Assembly: GCF_009914755.1 (NCBI RefSeq)
Contig: NC_060942.1
Direction: 5' to 3' (one strand)
DNA from: the human T2T-CHM13v2.0 reference genome, Homo sapiens
DNA length: 64,000 nucleotides
The position numbers and the translations under genes are program-made. Below are positions 35,100-56,759 of this stretch, one piece after another; positions within the stretch are counted from its first letter, which is position 1; every line of letters starts with the position of its first letter. The notes beneath the pieces were generated by a model. That model was not told the DNA's origin. It ran no database searches and saw only the letters and a list, made by a program, of their open reading frames with translations.

Positions 35100-37048
35100 C
35101 GTACATTAACATATAGCTTGTAACATGACTCCATGTAATCTAATATCACTGTGAGTCACAAAATGGATTTGTGAATCCAAAGCAAAGATTTGAGGTTAAT
35201 CATAACTCCAAGAGACAGAGGAATAAATATTAATTTATTAAACAGACAAGAATAAGCCATTCAAGGTGTGTATGCTAACGAAAGGATTTGTTTCCCATTA
35301 GGAGCATTTCTATTAAGATAAGAAACAAAGTGAGAATGACTTTTATTTCCTCTGTTATTCAACATTGTATGGCAGATAATAGTCAATGCCTATAGATAAG
35401 GGAGAGCACTTAGATATTTGCAAGACTTAGAGAATTGCAAAAGAAGTAAACCCATTTCTATTTGAAGATGATATGAGAGTATACTTGGAAAGTCTTAGAA
35501 AATCAATACAACTAAAACAATAAAATAATTCAATAAGATAAAAGAAGGTAAAATTAACCTTTAGAAACAATAGTCTTTAAAAAGACAAACAATAACCAGT
35601 TAGAAAATATAATGGTACTGCAAATCCCATTTATAATAGCAACACAACATGAAATAAAATATATAGGAATAAACTTTAAAAGAAATGTGTAAAATCTAAA
35701 TGAGGAAAATTTCAAATTCCTGATGACAGAAAACTAGATTTGAACAAATGGAAAAACAGCTCTTATTCTTCTTGTAGGAAAACTCTATATCATAAAGATG
35801 TCAGTTCTCCTTAATTTATAAATTTAATGAAATATCAATAAAAATACCAGCAAGCATTTTTTATGATGCTAAGTTGGCACTAAAATTTATATGATTAATC
35901 ACAAAATATCACGTTATATGATTCTATTTATATGAAATGTCCAAAGTAGGCAAATTTATAGAGAAAGAAAGCAGAGGCCAGGTGCAATGGCTCATACCTG
36001 TAATTCCAGCACTTTGGGAGGCCGAGATGGGTGGATCACTTGAGGCCAGAAGCTTTAGACTAGCCTGGCCAACAGGGTGAAACCCTGTCTCTACTAAAAA
36101 TACAAAAATTAGCTGGGCACAGTGGTGCATGCCTGTAATCCCAGCTACTCAGGAGGCTGAGACATGAGAATCACTTGAGCCCAAGAGGTGGAGGTTGCAG
36201 TCAGCTGAGATCATGCCACTGCACTCCAGCCTGAGCAAGAGAAGGAGACTCAGTCTCAAAAAAAAAATAAAATAAAATAAATAGAATAGTGATGGCTTAG
36301 GGCTGGGAGGAGGGTAGGGGAAAGAATAGGGAATGACTGATAATGGGTATAGGGTTTCTTTTAGGAGGGGCAACAATGTTCTAAAATTAAATGGGGATGA
36401 TGTTTTCAATATACAAAACATATTGAATATACTAAAAAATATTAAATTGGACATGTTAAATGGGTAAAATGTGTGGTATGTAAATTACATCCCAATATGG
36501 CTGTTTAAAAATTTACAGTGAAAAGTAAACGCACAGAAATTGGAAAACAATGAAAAAGAAAAGATACAAGTCAGGACTAACACTTTCCTATATGAAAACA
36601 TACATTAAAGCCTCTTTAATTAAAACAGTGAGATGCCAGTGAGTGGACAGAATAGAATATAAATTTCAAAATAGACCACAGTATACATGGAAATTTAGAA
36701 TACAATAAAGGTTACATCTCATATCATTAGGACAAAGATGGACTTTTTAATAAATAGCCTTGGGACAACTAATTAACCATTTGTAAAAAGATAAAATTAA
36801 ATTATACCTCACACTTTATACACAAACTCTGAATATATTAGGAAAATAACGTAAAAATTTTTAACAAATCCATACAAGCACTAGAAGAAAACATAGGTGA
36901 ATTTCTGTTTAACTTGGGTGTGAAGAAAGAACTGTGACCTAAAATCCAGAGGCAATAAAAGAAAATATTGATTAATTTACATTTATAAAAATAAAAGATG
37001 TCTGAATGTTAAAAAACATCATGAACAAAGTCAAAAGACAACTGACAT
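35100..37048 (+). mobile_element. Old L1M ORF2 fragments with nested L1 3' piece (~35910-36510) and Alu (35976-36283)
   Basis: TTATTCAACATTGTAT, TTTGAAGATGATATG (decayed FADD), CTAGAAGAAAACATAGGTGAA; canonical Alu inside. Confidence 0.7.
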
Positions 37049-37049
37049 G

Positions 37050-41220
<4,171 letters not shown>

Positions 41221-41221
41221 A

Positions 41222-42151
<930 letters not shown>

Positions 42152-42324
42152 TATAGAACTGTCAGGAGAAAAATATTTGAAACCTGAGAATAGGCAAAGA
42201 TTTCATAGGTCACAATTATAATGATATGCCAGCATCACTTGTCCATGACAAGGTGCTTTACAGAGGCCATTGTCTCCTTTTAGCTAGGCAGTGAAAAGCA
42301 CATTACAAGTAAAGAAAACAGCAG

Positions 42325-42716
42325 TTTTCTTAGACTGTTTACTTTGCAATAAAGGAATACCTGAAACTGGGTAATTTATAAAGAACAGGGGTTTATTTGG
42401 CTCATGCTTCTGCAGCCTATACAGGAAGCATAGGGCCTCAGAAGCTTCCAATCATGGCAGCAGGTGAAGGGGAGCCAGTATATCACGTAGTGAGAGAGGG
42501 AGCAAGAGAGAGAAGGAAGTCTCAGGCTCTTTTAAATAACCAGATCTTGGGCGAATTGGTAGAGCAAGAACTCCCTCATTACTGCAAGGATGGCACCAGG
42601 CCACTCAAGAGGGATCCACCCCTGTGATGCAAACACCTCCCACTAGGCCCACCTCCAACATTGGGGTTGCCATTCCAACGTGAGATTTGTAGGGCACAAG
42701 TATCCAAACTATATCA
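42325..42716 (-). mobile_element. MSTA/B-like MaLR solo LTR
   Basis: GGAATACCTGAAACTGGGTAATTTATAAAG...CACCTCCCACTAGGCCCACCTCCAACA...CCAAACTATATCA. Confidence 0.85.
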
Positions 42717-44153
42717 ATGTCCTCTGAGTGTGTGTGTGTGCACGCGTGAACTCATGGGGTTTCTTATTCTCATAAATTCTGGCAGTCCTCTATTAATTAC
42801 TTACTTCAGACACAAATTATAACCAGATATGGGACAATATAGTTACTAGGGAAAAAAGTTTACTTTCTAAAAAGAATTGGCATATTCTTTGGTTAATTAA
42901 GAGGAGAAAGTATCCAGAACCCTTTTCCAGTTCTCTTTGCAGAAGCGTATAATTGCTTTAAGGGTCTTTCTGGCGAAAAGTGATTAGAGGATACATTCCG
43001 CCAAGCACCAGGCTGCTCCCTCGGCATGTCCCCCACTTCTGCTGATGCACTAACGTGTCTCAAATCAGTTGCCAATTGGCAGGTGAATCCTATAAAACTG
43101 CAAACCTCTGGTGGAGAAACATTATATAAAAGGAATGTAATTGCAGGAAGCTTTCCACCTGCCCCATTCTAGAGGCATCGCAAAGCAGATTTTGTCTAAA
43201 GGCTTACCAGAAAGTGAGAGGGCTCCAAAAGGACTTAGAAGGCCCATCAAGCACAACCTGGCATTGTTCATCCCTAATAATTATATGTGCAGAGTTTTAT
43301 AGTAGCTCTTCTCCTAGTGGTTCTTTTCATCAGCCTTGTCAATGGAGTGAGAATAAACCTCCCTTCCTGTCTGCCACCCCACCCCACCCCCACTGTGAAG
43401 CACCTGGGTTTTGTGTGGGGTTGACTCCCCCGTGCATCCCAGCATCAGCCCGGGCCTGACCAGTCTAGCCCAATCAGGGCATCCCCCACTCCCCTTGCTG
43501 TGGTATTTTGTTCAGGGATGAACTCCTGCAGAGAGAGTATGTCTTCATCAGAGACAACTGGCAGGCCTGCCCTGCCGAGGAAAGCCAGCCTGAAGACAAA
43601 GCCCACACAGGGCAAGAGAAACTAAGAGAAGTTAAGACAGAACCAGAACCCTGATCAAACCACACCTGGAGCCCACCAAGCATTTGTGTCGCAAAAACTT
43701 AGTGAATCCCATCTAATGTTCAAACCTGTGCATTGGATTAGGTTTTTAGTACCCTGCACCCAAAACCTCCTCACTAAAATACTACATATCCTCTGAAATA
43801 TTAAACAAAAGAGAATGGAAACTACCAACTACTCATGTAATGAGTTTTAGAAATCCTGGCCTTGAAAGATGTTGTGTTCAGGAACGACTATATAACCAAC
43901 ATAGGTTGTATATTTTCATGGGGCAATGACACCTCTAATAATTCACGCATCATTTTCTACTCACGCACTGCTTACTTCTATAAGGATTTCACATGGCTTA
44001 CAACAAAATACCTATATATTAGGATAATAAAATAAGAGTTAATTATCCAGGGGAAAAGATGGATATATCAGAAAACATCAGTGAAGTATAACTCTTAGGT
44101 TGGAACATACAATTTAGCTCCGAGCATTCTGTCAGCCAAGGTTAAAATTATTA

Positions 44154-44395
44154 CAGGTTGAGTATCCCTACTCTGGAAAGCTGAAATCTGAAATGCTCTA
44201 AAATCCAAAACTTTTTAAGTACCAACATGATGCTCAAAAGAGACGCTCATTGGAGCATTTCCAATTTTAGATTTTTTGACTTAGGGATGCTGAACAACTA
44301 AATGTAATGCAAATATTCCAAAATCTGAAAAATATTGAAATCTGCAACACTTCTGGTTTCAAGCATTTCAGATAAGGGATACTCAACTCAACCTG
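44154..44395 (+). mobile_element. Tigger4a (MER46/Zombi) MITE
   Basis: TIRs CAGGTTGAGTATCCCT...AGGGATACTCAA(CTCAA)CCTG with TA target duplication. Confidence 0.9.
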
Positions 44396-45029
44396 TATCT
44401 TACTATCTGAAAAAGAAAAATATCTATGTTTGCTGGGAGGTATGACGCTTTTTCCTAGCAGTAGTAAGTAAGCTCTAGAGCAGCTGTAGTCAGTTTGGGA
44501 AGTTTAGGCCCTTGAATGCTGACATTAGCTGAACCACTTTAGCTTATCTGTATTTAGAGCATCACCAAAAGTGTTGACATTAATCTATGTACTGGCAGTG
44601 TTAGAATGTTATCAGATTCTGGCAGAGAAATGTTTACATCAGCACTTGCAAGAAAGTAGGGCGGGGTGCAGTGAGTTTTTCAAGGAAGTACAATGTGATC
44701 CCAGCCCCACAGGGTTGTTGTCAGCAGCAGCAGGAGGGCACACTGAGGGCTTGAACTCTGCAGCCCCTCTGTACCCTGAGGACAAACAGGGTAGGGAGGT
44801 GGAGAAGCAGAGAGATGAAAAAGGAGGAGGGAAACCATGTGGGGGAGTCCTCAGAAGGGCAGCTAAGCTGCAAAACCCTAAAGTATGCAACTGGAAAGGG
44901 AAGGGGTACTTCATTGAGCATGTGCTGGCACAGAAGAGAAATACAGAAACACCGAGAAGTCTTGCCCACCTTAAAAGATAAAAGGGAGATTTGCACACAG
45001 TTTAAACAAGGAGAGCATTGTTGGATAAC

Positions 45030-45200
45030 CATAGCTAATCTTTACTGATCACAACACTCCATAAGGTAAGCACTATTATTACCCCTGTTACACTGACAAG
45101 AAAAGTAATGTTTATGTGCCCAAAATCTCATGGCTAATCAGTGATGGAGCTAGGGACCTGATCCCAGGTAGTCCAGCTCCAAAGCCAGCTGCTCACTTCT
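45030..45200 (-). mobile_element. MIR fragment
   Basis: TAAGGTAAGCACTATTATTACCCC...GTGATGGAGCTAGGGAC..GATCCCAGG. Confidence 0.55.
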
Positions 45201-45239
45201 GGTGACTATGACCATCCCATCTACCCTGCTCTGACTGGA

Positions 45240-45608
45240 GCTGCAACTGTGGGAGACAGTTTCATGTGAGCTGTGACAGCATCCCCAACCCCAGCTTGTG
45301 CTGTCTCACATAATCCCACTCTATGCAGCCCAGAAGTGCAAGATAGTGAACTGCCCCAGGTAGCCTTCAACCAATTGGCAATGGAAGCAAATGGAGAAAT
45401 GCTCTAGGCTCCTGGCCTACAGCAGATGGTTCTGAGAGGCCTTCTGTGTGCTAACTCCAGGCCTGACAGAATCGAGCTCCACCAACTTTAGAGGTAACCT
45501 CTGCTTCCTCTCTACCCCATGCTCCCTTCTTTGGGAATCACATCCCAAATAAACTAGCTGAGACATCCTTGTCTCAGGCTCTGCAAGAAAGGAAACTTAA
45601 AGCAAGAG
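45240..45608 (+). mobile_element. LTR16-like ERVL LTR fragment
   Basis: CCTTCAACCAAT...GGGAATCACATCCCAAATAAACTA...CCTTGTCTCAGGCTCTGC. Confidence 0.55.
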
Positions 45609-46539
45609 AAGGCATCTGCATTATAGGACATCAGAGATCAGAAAGGATCTCATCAAATTCTCAGCAGGTTCATATTTGATTGTTAAAGTCATTGACCACT
45701 GTCCTGCTCTGGAGAAAGAAGTTGCAGAGGAGGAAGAGGTTTTCAGGGAAATATTGGCTCAGGGCTCAGCCAAAGGCAAAAGATTTCAATGAACAAATAT
45801 GTCTGACTGAGCTACATATTTTCTAAACAATGACTTGTCTATTTCAAAGTGAGTCATGACAAGAATCACTGGACCATGGAGTTCTTGGATAATGTGTGGT
45901 GTTCTCAGATAAATGTATTTCTTTCTCTCGGGTATTTATATAAAGCTGATAAAATGGGTTTGTTTACTGTTGCTTGCCAGTTTCCCTGTAAGTGGTGCAC
46001 ATGCCCTTGATTTTAAGCTGGAAAAAAGGGACACATTGATTCTTAGGGAATATTCTAATGCTATAGGTATCCACTAAAAAATTAAAAAACAAAAACAGAA
46101 CCTTTGGTGCCTAGGGAAAAATCTAATCTTTTCCAGGCTCTCCAAGGTGTCACATTTTTACCAGCTCTTTGCAAAGTATAAGTCAATGCATGGCTGAGAA
46201 AGAGACTTTCATGATTGCATTATATTTATGCAAATGTATCTAATGGTTATTACAGACCTAGGGGTTTGCCTGAGGACAGCAAATGACTCAACTGCTGCAT
46301 ATGTGGGGCTCCTCTTGAGCAAGGGAAGAGTCCAAGGTTAGTGTTATCCTTTTTGTATCCATCACTCTTACCTCCGAGATTCAACTTATGGACCAAGACA
46401 TTTTTCAGAAAATAAAGTGCTATTAGAGAATTTCATTTTATGAAACATTTCATGAGAAAATTTTCCAGGAAGGGAAGGCTAGTTACCTCAGTCACAAGAG
46501 GGCAAGCTGCTTCCACTGGCACTGGTGTTTCTGAGCTGC

Positions 46540-46998
46540 TCAGAGGGACAGGGGCCCAGACCTTTGAGGAGAGGGTACTGGCCAGTTGGTGCTGATGTCT
46601 CTGAGCTTGGACAAGAGCCCAGTGGGTCTGGAACTCAAACCTCTGAAGCGGAAGTGCTGGGTGGTAGGTGCTGATGTCTCTCAGAGTGACAGGATGAAAC
46701 TGGCTTTACAAGTGTTGAAAAACAGGATTCAGTCGCTTCCATGGGAGGAACTGTCTCTGCCAGAGTGAAGAATCATTATTGGGCTGAATTTCACAGGAAC
46801 CACAAGCAGGGAAGGGGAGGCCACAGCAAGTCCCTTCTCCCTCCCGCAGCCTTGCAGTTTCTATCTAGCACCCCCTATTGACAGAGCCTTACTGGAGAAG
46901 CAGAAATGGGATTTGCGGAGTAGCAGCCCCAGCCTCACAGAGCAGAGCAGGGCAGGGTGGCTTTGCAGCTAAGAACCAACAGCTTGATAACTGGCACA
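46540..46998 (-). mobile_element. LTR41-like ERVL LTR fragment
   Basis: GGAACTCAAACCTCTG, GCAAGTCCCTTCTCCCTCC..AGCCTTGCAG..CTAGCACCCCCTATTGACAGAGCCT, ends GATAACTGGCACA. Confidence 0.65.
46864..46883 (-). promoter_or_regulatory. CTCF-like motif in LTR41
   Basis: Minus strand TGTCAATAGGGGGTGCTAGA resembles the CTCF core CCASYAGRKGGCRS. Confidence 0.45.
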
Positions 46999-47688
46999 GC
47001 ATCCTACGAGACTTTTGGTCTCAGAATACTAAAAATCTAATTTTCAGATATTGCCTGTGCTTGGAATTCAGTGAAAAAGTAAACTATCAAGGAAGCCATG
47101 GAGGAACTGTAGTCTCGTATTACGTTGGCAAAGGTACACTCAGCAGACAAAGTTGGCCTTGGATAAAACCTCGAAATGGCGAAGGATGCATCTCCTGCAT
47201 ATTGTAACAACTTCAATATCAGTAAGATAGAAGAGCAGGCTGAAGAAATACATTGTGTTCAAGATGCATAAATAGACAATGTTTGGGAAGTCAGTGGAAA
47301 ATCAAAGGACACAGAGAAAGGCAGAGAAAAAGAAAAAGGTGGAGTTTTTCTGGCATTTAATAAAGTGTTATGCATTGTGGAAAAAGATTGCTTCTGCTTA
47401 TAACTCATTGATTAATTTTGAAGAAAAAGCAGCCACGTTAAACTACCTCCAGGTCAGATGCCCCACAGTTTCATTTGCACTTCTGTGAGAAAGAGGCAAA
47501 CAGGTAATTAGCCCAACCCTTGGAACTCTTCTCAGCCAGCATGGACTCCCAGAGCACTAACCAACCCATTGGGGCTTCCTCCCCATCCTACCCAGAATAA
47601 AACCAATTTATTCAGTTCAGTGAGGTCAAAACATGCGGGGAGATTTTGGAAAGATTTCTGTTCAAAGATACAGGGCATGTGGATGTAA

Positions 47689-48034
<346 letters not shown>

Positions 48035-48194
48035 AGATTGACGTTTATTAATCCAGAAAACTAGTGTTCAAAGACCCTGGACAGTCGAGGTGGTACTGAC
48101 TGACAGTCAAGAAAAGAAAATAGGCAAATCCTACGGCAAAGGTCACTCACAGCCAACGCCTAGGAGGGTGAGGACGTTTTGAAAACCCCAGGTT

Positions 48195-48512
<318 letters not shown>

Positions 48513-49184
48513 GCCTCAGTATGAAAATTACAGTCCCTCAATGGAAAAAGAGGCTCCCCTGCACTTCTCCCATCCACCTTTCTAGAAGGCTCTCAGCTAT
48601 ACCCATCAGCTCCTGCCTTGCCAGCAGTCCCTGGGGCTGGCAGGCGTGTGGCCTCTGGCGTGGGTATCATACAGGGCCCTTTCCCATCAAGTGATGATAA
48701 AGAAAACATTTAGCTTTAGAATAGGAAAATATGGCAAAATTATGGAGTAAATGTACAAGAAAGCACTGAGGGTAAATGCATTATGCACCTTCTAAAAAGT
48801 CTCTACGGCTCTGAGTGCCTATGATTACAGCTCTGAACTCTTTTCTGTTGTTCGTTATTGTCACGTTTAACTTGGACCACATGCTTCTGTGCAGTGTAGA
48901 TGTTTTTCAAGTTCAAAGTGAAAACGATGCCTTTTATCTCTCTTATAAGATTTTTTTTCTAATCATCACCTGGCATTCATGTGCTTCTGGCAACAGACGC
49001 TTGCATCCCGCTTTCTTTACTGTTCCATTGTGACTCAGCTGACTAAGTAAATCTCAATGCTTTGTGGGTGCTTTAATTAGCTCTTGGGAAAAAAAAGTAA
49101 TTATAATGTGGTAATAGTCCTTTAAGAAATCAGATACCTCTAGGATATCTTTCCTCCTCCGAGGTTACAGCCAAAGGGCTAAGG

Positions 49185-49335
49185 AACCTAGAGGTCTTGG
49201 GGGATTGGTGAAGCCCCCCAAATTGTATGCAACACTTTTGTGTATGTAAGGGGTGCTTTTGTGAGAGAAAATGTTGATAGCTTTTATCAGATTATCAGAG
49301 AATTTTTTTGACCTCAAAAAGGTTGAGAGCACTGA
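49185..49335. mobile_element. MER103-like hAT MITE
   Basis: CCCCCAAATTGTATGCAA...ATAGCTTTTATCAGATT...AAAAAGGTTGAGAGCACTG. Confidence 0.6.
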
Positions 49336-49967
49336 ACCTGTCTAAAATCTGTTGTATGAATGAATAGAAGAAAATAAATACATGAGTGAAATGTTATTCT
49401 GTCTGGCTTTGGTTGTTCATTTGATTACGGATCCCCAACCCCCAATCCCTTCACAATGTGTCCCACACACAAATGCGTACACCACATACACGCGCTCACA
49501 CACACAGCTCCTTTAATCATTAATAGTCATTATTTTTCTGAGCTCTGTCTTTGGGGTTAGGACAATTTCTTTTTAACTACAGACAAGTCAAATGTTGGTC
49601 TGCTGACCCCATATTCGCAGGGACTAATAGTAGGGGGAATAATTGGCCTCATCTAACATAATCCCCTTGTCCTTGTGCAAAGAGGCCTCTTGAGCTGTGG
49701 GTTGGAGGGAGTTCTCAGAGAAGGCTGGCATCTCCAAGATCAAGTCAGAGGGAGAGGGAACAGCACAGAGGCCTCACAGGTCACTATCTGGAAGGGAAGT
49801 GGGTAGAGGGAAAAGGGCATGAGCTGCTGGGCAGCTCTCCACCCTGCTGGGTTGAGCTTCCTCTCAGTTGCCCCTGAACCCAGTTCTAGTGCCTGGCATT
49901 TCTACAAACACACATACACACATACACACATACCACTCTCACACAAACCCCACTCATACACCCCACT

Positions 49968-49998
<31 letters not shown>

Positions 49999-50034
49999 CA
50001 CCAGGTCCCTTACCCACCACTTTCAGAGACCTGC

Positions 50035-50334
50035 TTTTTTTTTATTTTTTTTTTGAGACAGGGTCTTGCTCTGTTGCCCAGGCTGGAGTACAGTGATGTG
50101 AACACAGCTTACCCCAGCCTCAATCTCCTGGGCTCAAGCGATCCTCCTGCCTCAGCCTCTCGAGTAAGTGGGACTACAGGCACGCACCACCGTGCCTGGC
50201 TACGTTTTTCATTTTCTATAGAGACAATGTCTCACTATAATTGACGATGCTCGTCTCAAACTCCTGGGCTGAAGTAATCTTCCCACCTTGGCCTCCCAAA
50301 GTGCTGGGACTACAGGCATGAGCCACTGTGTCCA
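50035..50334 (-). mobile_element. AluJ-like
   Basis: Antisense Alu text; preceded by a CA-rich tract ~49905-50001. Confidence 0.9.
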
Positions 50335-50537
50335 AACAACCTGCCAGATCTAGCAGACACTTTTAATCACTCAATCAGCAAACAACTTGGAGGCCTGATG
50401 ATGTGCCAGGCACTAGATTAAACAATGGGGAATCAAAGTTTAGCAAGCTCAATGACTGAAAAGATGGCAAACACACACATACATGGAGGTTAACTTACAA
50501 CCTTGTGAGTGCTATCACAAAGCAGGACCAAGGTCCT

Positions 50538-50564
50538 GGCAATGCACAGCTCTAGAGGGCGCAA
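50538..50564 (+). promoter_or_regulatory. CTCF-like motif with upstream element
   Basis: GGCAATgcaCAGCTCTAGAGGGCGCAA: core with retained CpG plus a TGCART-like upstream module at the usual spacing. Confidence 0.5.
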
Positions 50565-50911
50565 TCTGTGGGAGTCTGTGGGAGCTGCCACTCCTTGTCC
50601 ACTTACCATATAAGCATGGCCCCTAGAACTGTGCAGCCCAGAAGCCATGGAGATGACCCAGGAGCACAGCTGGGTGGAAGAGGTGTTAATGGTGGGCATC
50701 ACCATCCCATTGTGGTGATGGTAGCCACCCAGGGGACACGAACTGACATATACCCACCCACCATAAATATGATGCCTGCTCCATGCTGCTGTGTCCTACT
50801 CTAGCCTTGGAAGGTGATCTTTTAAAGGTCACCACATTTAAACCCATTAGACACATGGGCAAACCAACTTGCATGCCTCCAGAAAGATGTCCAACACCAC
50901 TAACTGTAAGA

Positions 50912-52295
<1,384 letters not shown>

Positions 52296-52513
52296 TAGTT
52301 GTTTTAGGATAAGCCATTGTTTTTCTTCCCTCATATTGACAGACTGCACTAAGATGTGAGTACAGTCTCCAACCAGCACTTATAAACCCACATCAGCCTC
52401 AAGTTCACAAAATCAAAATCAATTTCTATATGTGGTACCACCTGCCCCTCAGGAGTTATAAAAAGAAATGTCACAACCAACTAAGGGTGTGTCCAACTTA
52501 AAGAATGATAGTG

Positions 52514-52672
52514 TTGTAGCTCACACGTGTGGTCCCGACTACTTGCGAGGCTGAGGCAGGAAGATCACTTGAGCCCGAGTTTAAGGTTACAGTGAGCAAT
52601 GAACATATCACTGTACTTCAGCCTGAGCAACACAGCATGATCCAATTTCTTAAAAAAAAAAAAAGAAAAGAA
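52514..52672 (+). mobile_element. FLAM/FAM-like Alu monomer
   Basis: GTGGTCCCGACTACTTGCGAGGCTGAGGCAGGAAGATCACTTGAGCCC plus A tail; flanks AAAGAA..GATAGTG. Confidence 0.75.
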
Positions 52673-52958
52673 AAGATAGTGATACCTACATTTTTACAGA
52701 GTATGATAGTCTAACAAGAGCAAAAAATCCTCTGCAAGGAATTTGTCTTTATGGAAGTAATACGTTATGCAAACAGTCATTTTAAAGATACACCATAAAC
52801 AGAATGGCAAACCTGTGCTCACTATAAACACTAGAAAAAATATCAAATAAATGCATCAATAACTTGTAACATCCCTGTCCATTGCTATTACATAAGCAAT
52901 TGAGAGACTCTACTTTACAAAAATTTTAAAAGCCTTACCACAGGAAGATCACACATAC

Positions 52959-53160
52959 CTTGAGTTAAGTTGCAGCCTCGAAGGAATTGAAAGCCTATCT
53001 TCCAAAGCACCTGCTGCTTTTTCTCTCGAGCTGCCCTTGCCCCAGGGAGGCAGTCTAAGTCCCACCCCATGTTGGGCGATGATGCGATCATGTGAACCAG
53101 ATGCGATCATGATGCGATCATGTGGGCATTCCATGAGCCCAGACTCCCAAACTGCCACTG
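52959..53160 (-). ncRNA. Putative internal exon
   Basis: Polypyrimidine tract cctgttttttctctgtct followed by AG options (exon start 53164 or 53157), donor CAAG|gtatgt at 52959; GC/CpG-richer than its AT-rich flanks. Confidence 0.4.
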
Positions 53161-53459
53161 CTCACTCCAGACAGAGAAAAAACAGGTATATACAATATGG
53201 AGAGACTTTTGGTTACCTTTAATATATTACCAGTAAATTTCCCTCTCAAGTCATGATTTTGAAAAAAGTTTTGCAATATTTTAAAAGAAGTTTTTAAATA
53301 ATGTAATATCATTGGAAATAAATTTTCTACTAAGAAAGAACTCTCAATAGTATAATGGACATCTCTGGGAAAATATCACTTGATAGATGGCTAATTTTTA
53401 AAGGAACATTGATTCCACAAAAGAGACTCACAGTTGCTTATGTACATTAAAACAAAATA

Positions 53460-53680
53460 GTAACATAATGGCTACATTTGGTGAGCACACACTATGTATT
53501 TTACACATATTCTCTTATTTAATCTTCAAAATAAACTTCTGAAGTGAGTACCAATCACCTCAAGAAAACTGAGGCAAAGTTCTATAAAACCTGCTCAAAG
53601 TAACACAGCCAGTAAGTGAGGTAGCCAGAACTTGATCCAGTTCTTCTGGAGCTCAAGGCAAATCCACCATGTCACACAGT
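53460..53680 (-). mobile_element. MIR fragment
   Basis: CTTATTTAATCTTCAAAATAAAC...AAGAAAACTGAGGC...AAAGTAACACAGCCAGTAAGTG. Confidence 0.7.
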
Positions 53681-54339
53681 CTTCCTCCCCTGCCTCATTC
53701 CTGCTCAAAAAACTGGAAGAGAACATTAGTTGCCACACGCATGGTGTCCCCAAGAGAGCCTGTGCTTCCCACAACCCTAGTTATTGGCAAAACCCTCATG
53801 AAGCCATGTCCCTCTCCTACCAGAACTGACTGGATAAGGGCTGTGCAGCCAATCCAGAAACCAGAGATGACCTTTGCGTGACCTCACTGGACATTGGAGC
53901 GATACAATTCGACTTCCTCTCTGAGAACAGGAGTTAGGCTACCTGGCAGCAGCCAGGAGCTGGGAGCTCACAGTGTGCACAGAGTGGGGCCTGAGGTCAC
54001 CCAGGCACAGAAACTGTGAGGCAGCAAGCTTCAGAGCAGAGGAAGGGCAGAGGCAGGACACAAAAGCACAGCCTCTGTGGGTGGCCCAGTCCCATTAATG
54101 CCAAAGCATGAGAGTAACAATCCCACAGGACCCTGCTTCTGGGGTCCCAGAGATGCCTTTTCTGTCCCAAGATGCCATCTTGTGATTAGTGACTGTGGCC
54201 AACTGTTATCACTCCTCCCCATCCCAGACAGCCATCCCCTTCCTCTGTAGTAAAAAACTCATAACATGTCTAGTATGGCAAAGAGCCCAATTAATGAACT
54301 TCACTTCTTGACCATCTGGTATTTGGAGGCGGAGAGCCA

Positions 54340-55062
<723 letters not shown>

Positions 55063-55825
55063 AAAATTTAAATGGAAGTTGTTAAATTGTATTCAGCTAC
55101 CTTCTCCCTTTCTTCCTACTTCCTGCCTAGAACATGAGTGTCATGACTAGAACTTCAGCAGTCATCTTGCAACCACCAGGCAGCCTGAAAGATGAGAACT
55201 ACACACTGAGGATAGCAGAGAAGAAAGAGAGGAGTCCAGGTTCCTGATGAGCTAGGGGAGCTGCCACACCCACCAAGGACTGCCTATTTACAGAGTGTTT
55301 ACACATTGGAAAAAATATAAAGCTCTACCTTACTTACATAATGATTATTTGGTTTGTCCATCATACAAAACACAGTGGGCACAGGCTAAAATGTGAACAA
55401 CTAACAGAAGGAATTTCATAGCCCATAATGCAACATTTGCTGATGCGTTGTATTTTTTAAGAATATAACGAGAAGCACATACTCTGATTAAATTGCTAAG
55501 TTCCATTACAGTCTTATAAAATATATTACAGCAAGCCTCAAGCTAAAGGCTTATTGGCAAGTACCTTGCCTCTGAGGTACAAGGAATCCGTTCCTGGGGG
55601 CTTATGAGAAAATGTTAGGGGGCTCCTTAATAATTCTGTACAAACACTGCTTGAGAAAATACTATTAATGCCTTTCCGCCAAAACTAAGCTTGAGTACTT
55701 TTTCTAAACTCCTCACCGTTTAAGAAGAAATAGCATGCAAAGTTCAAATGAGGTCATCATATCCACCCCCTCCTGCCTCCCACCTAGTTTTTTCATTCAG
55801 CAATCAATCCCTCCCCAACAATTGA

Positions 55826-56232
<407 letters not shown>

Positions 56233-56662
56233 GGCAAGTTTTAAACCACAAGAATAAGATGTCTTTTCACAGGTGTGCAGAGAAGGACCCCAGAACTGGG
56301 TAAATTGAGAAGTGGGACACACAGGTTTTGCAGGCCTGACTCGGACACACAGGTGTGAGCCTGCAACAACAAACAGCTCCTCAACCCTCAAGTACAAGAA
56401 CAGGGGAAAGAGTGGCATTCTATATTTTTTTGAAAACTAGCTGAACTTGGTCTGCTCTTATTTTACCATTTTCATGTATGGTTTTGCAAATGTTTTACTT
56501 GACTTTAGCCTATATTTCAAATTATCGGAATGTTTTATATTCCCATCTATTTTAAACTAGTAATTACCTGTCTAAAACAAATGGACACCTTCTTGAAATA
56601 AATGTAATTAGATTATTACTGATACACACAGTATTATTGAGACTAAAAGTAAATAATTTACT

Positions 56663-56759
56663 GCTTGAACCCGGGAGGCGGAGGTTGCAGTGAGCCGAGA
56701 TCAAGCCACTACCCTCCAGCCTGGGCAACAGAGTGAGGCTCCGTCTCAAAAAAAAAAAA
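56663..56759 (+). mobile_element. 5'-truncated Alu (3' ~95 bp)
   Basis: GCTTGAACCCGGGAGGCGG...A tail; TSD AA(A/G)AGTAAATAA(T/C)TTACTG. Confidence 0.9.

Noticed and set aside
53126-53158. AVWESGLMEC resembling the claudin WEGLWMSC motif
   Set aside because: No downstream Cys at the right spacing and out of order relative to the better ECL1-like block at 52453-52346; treated as coincidence
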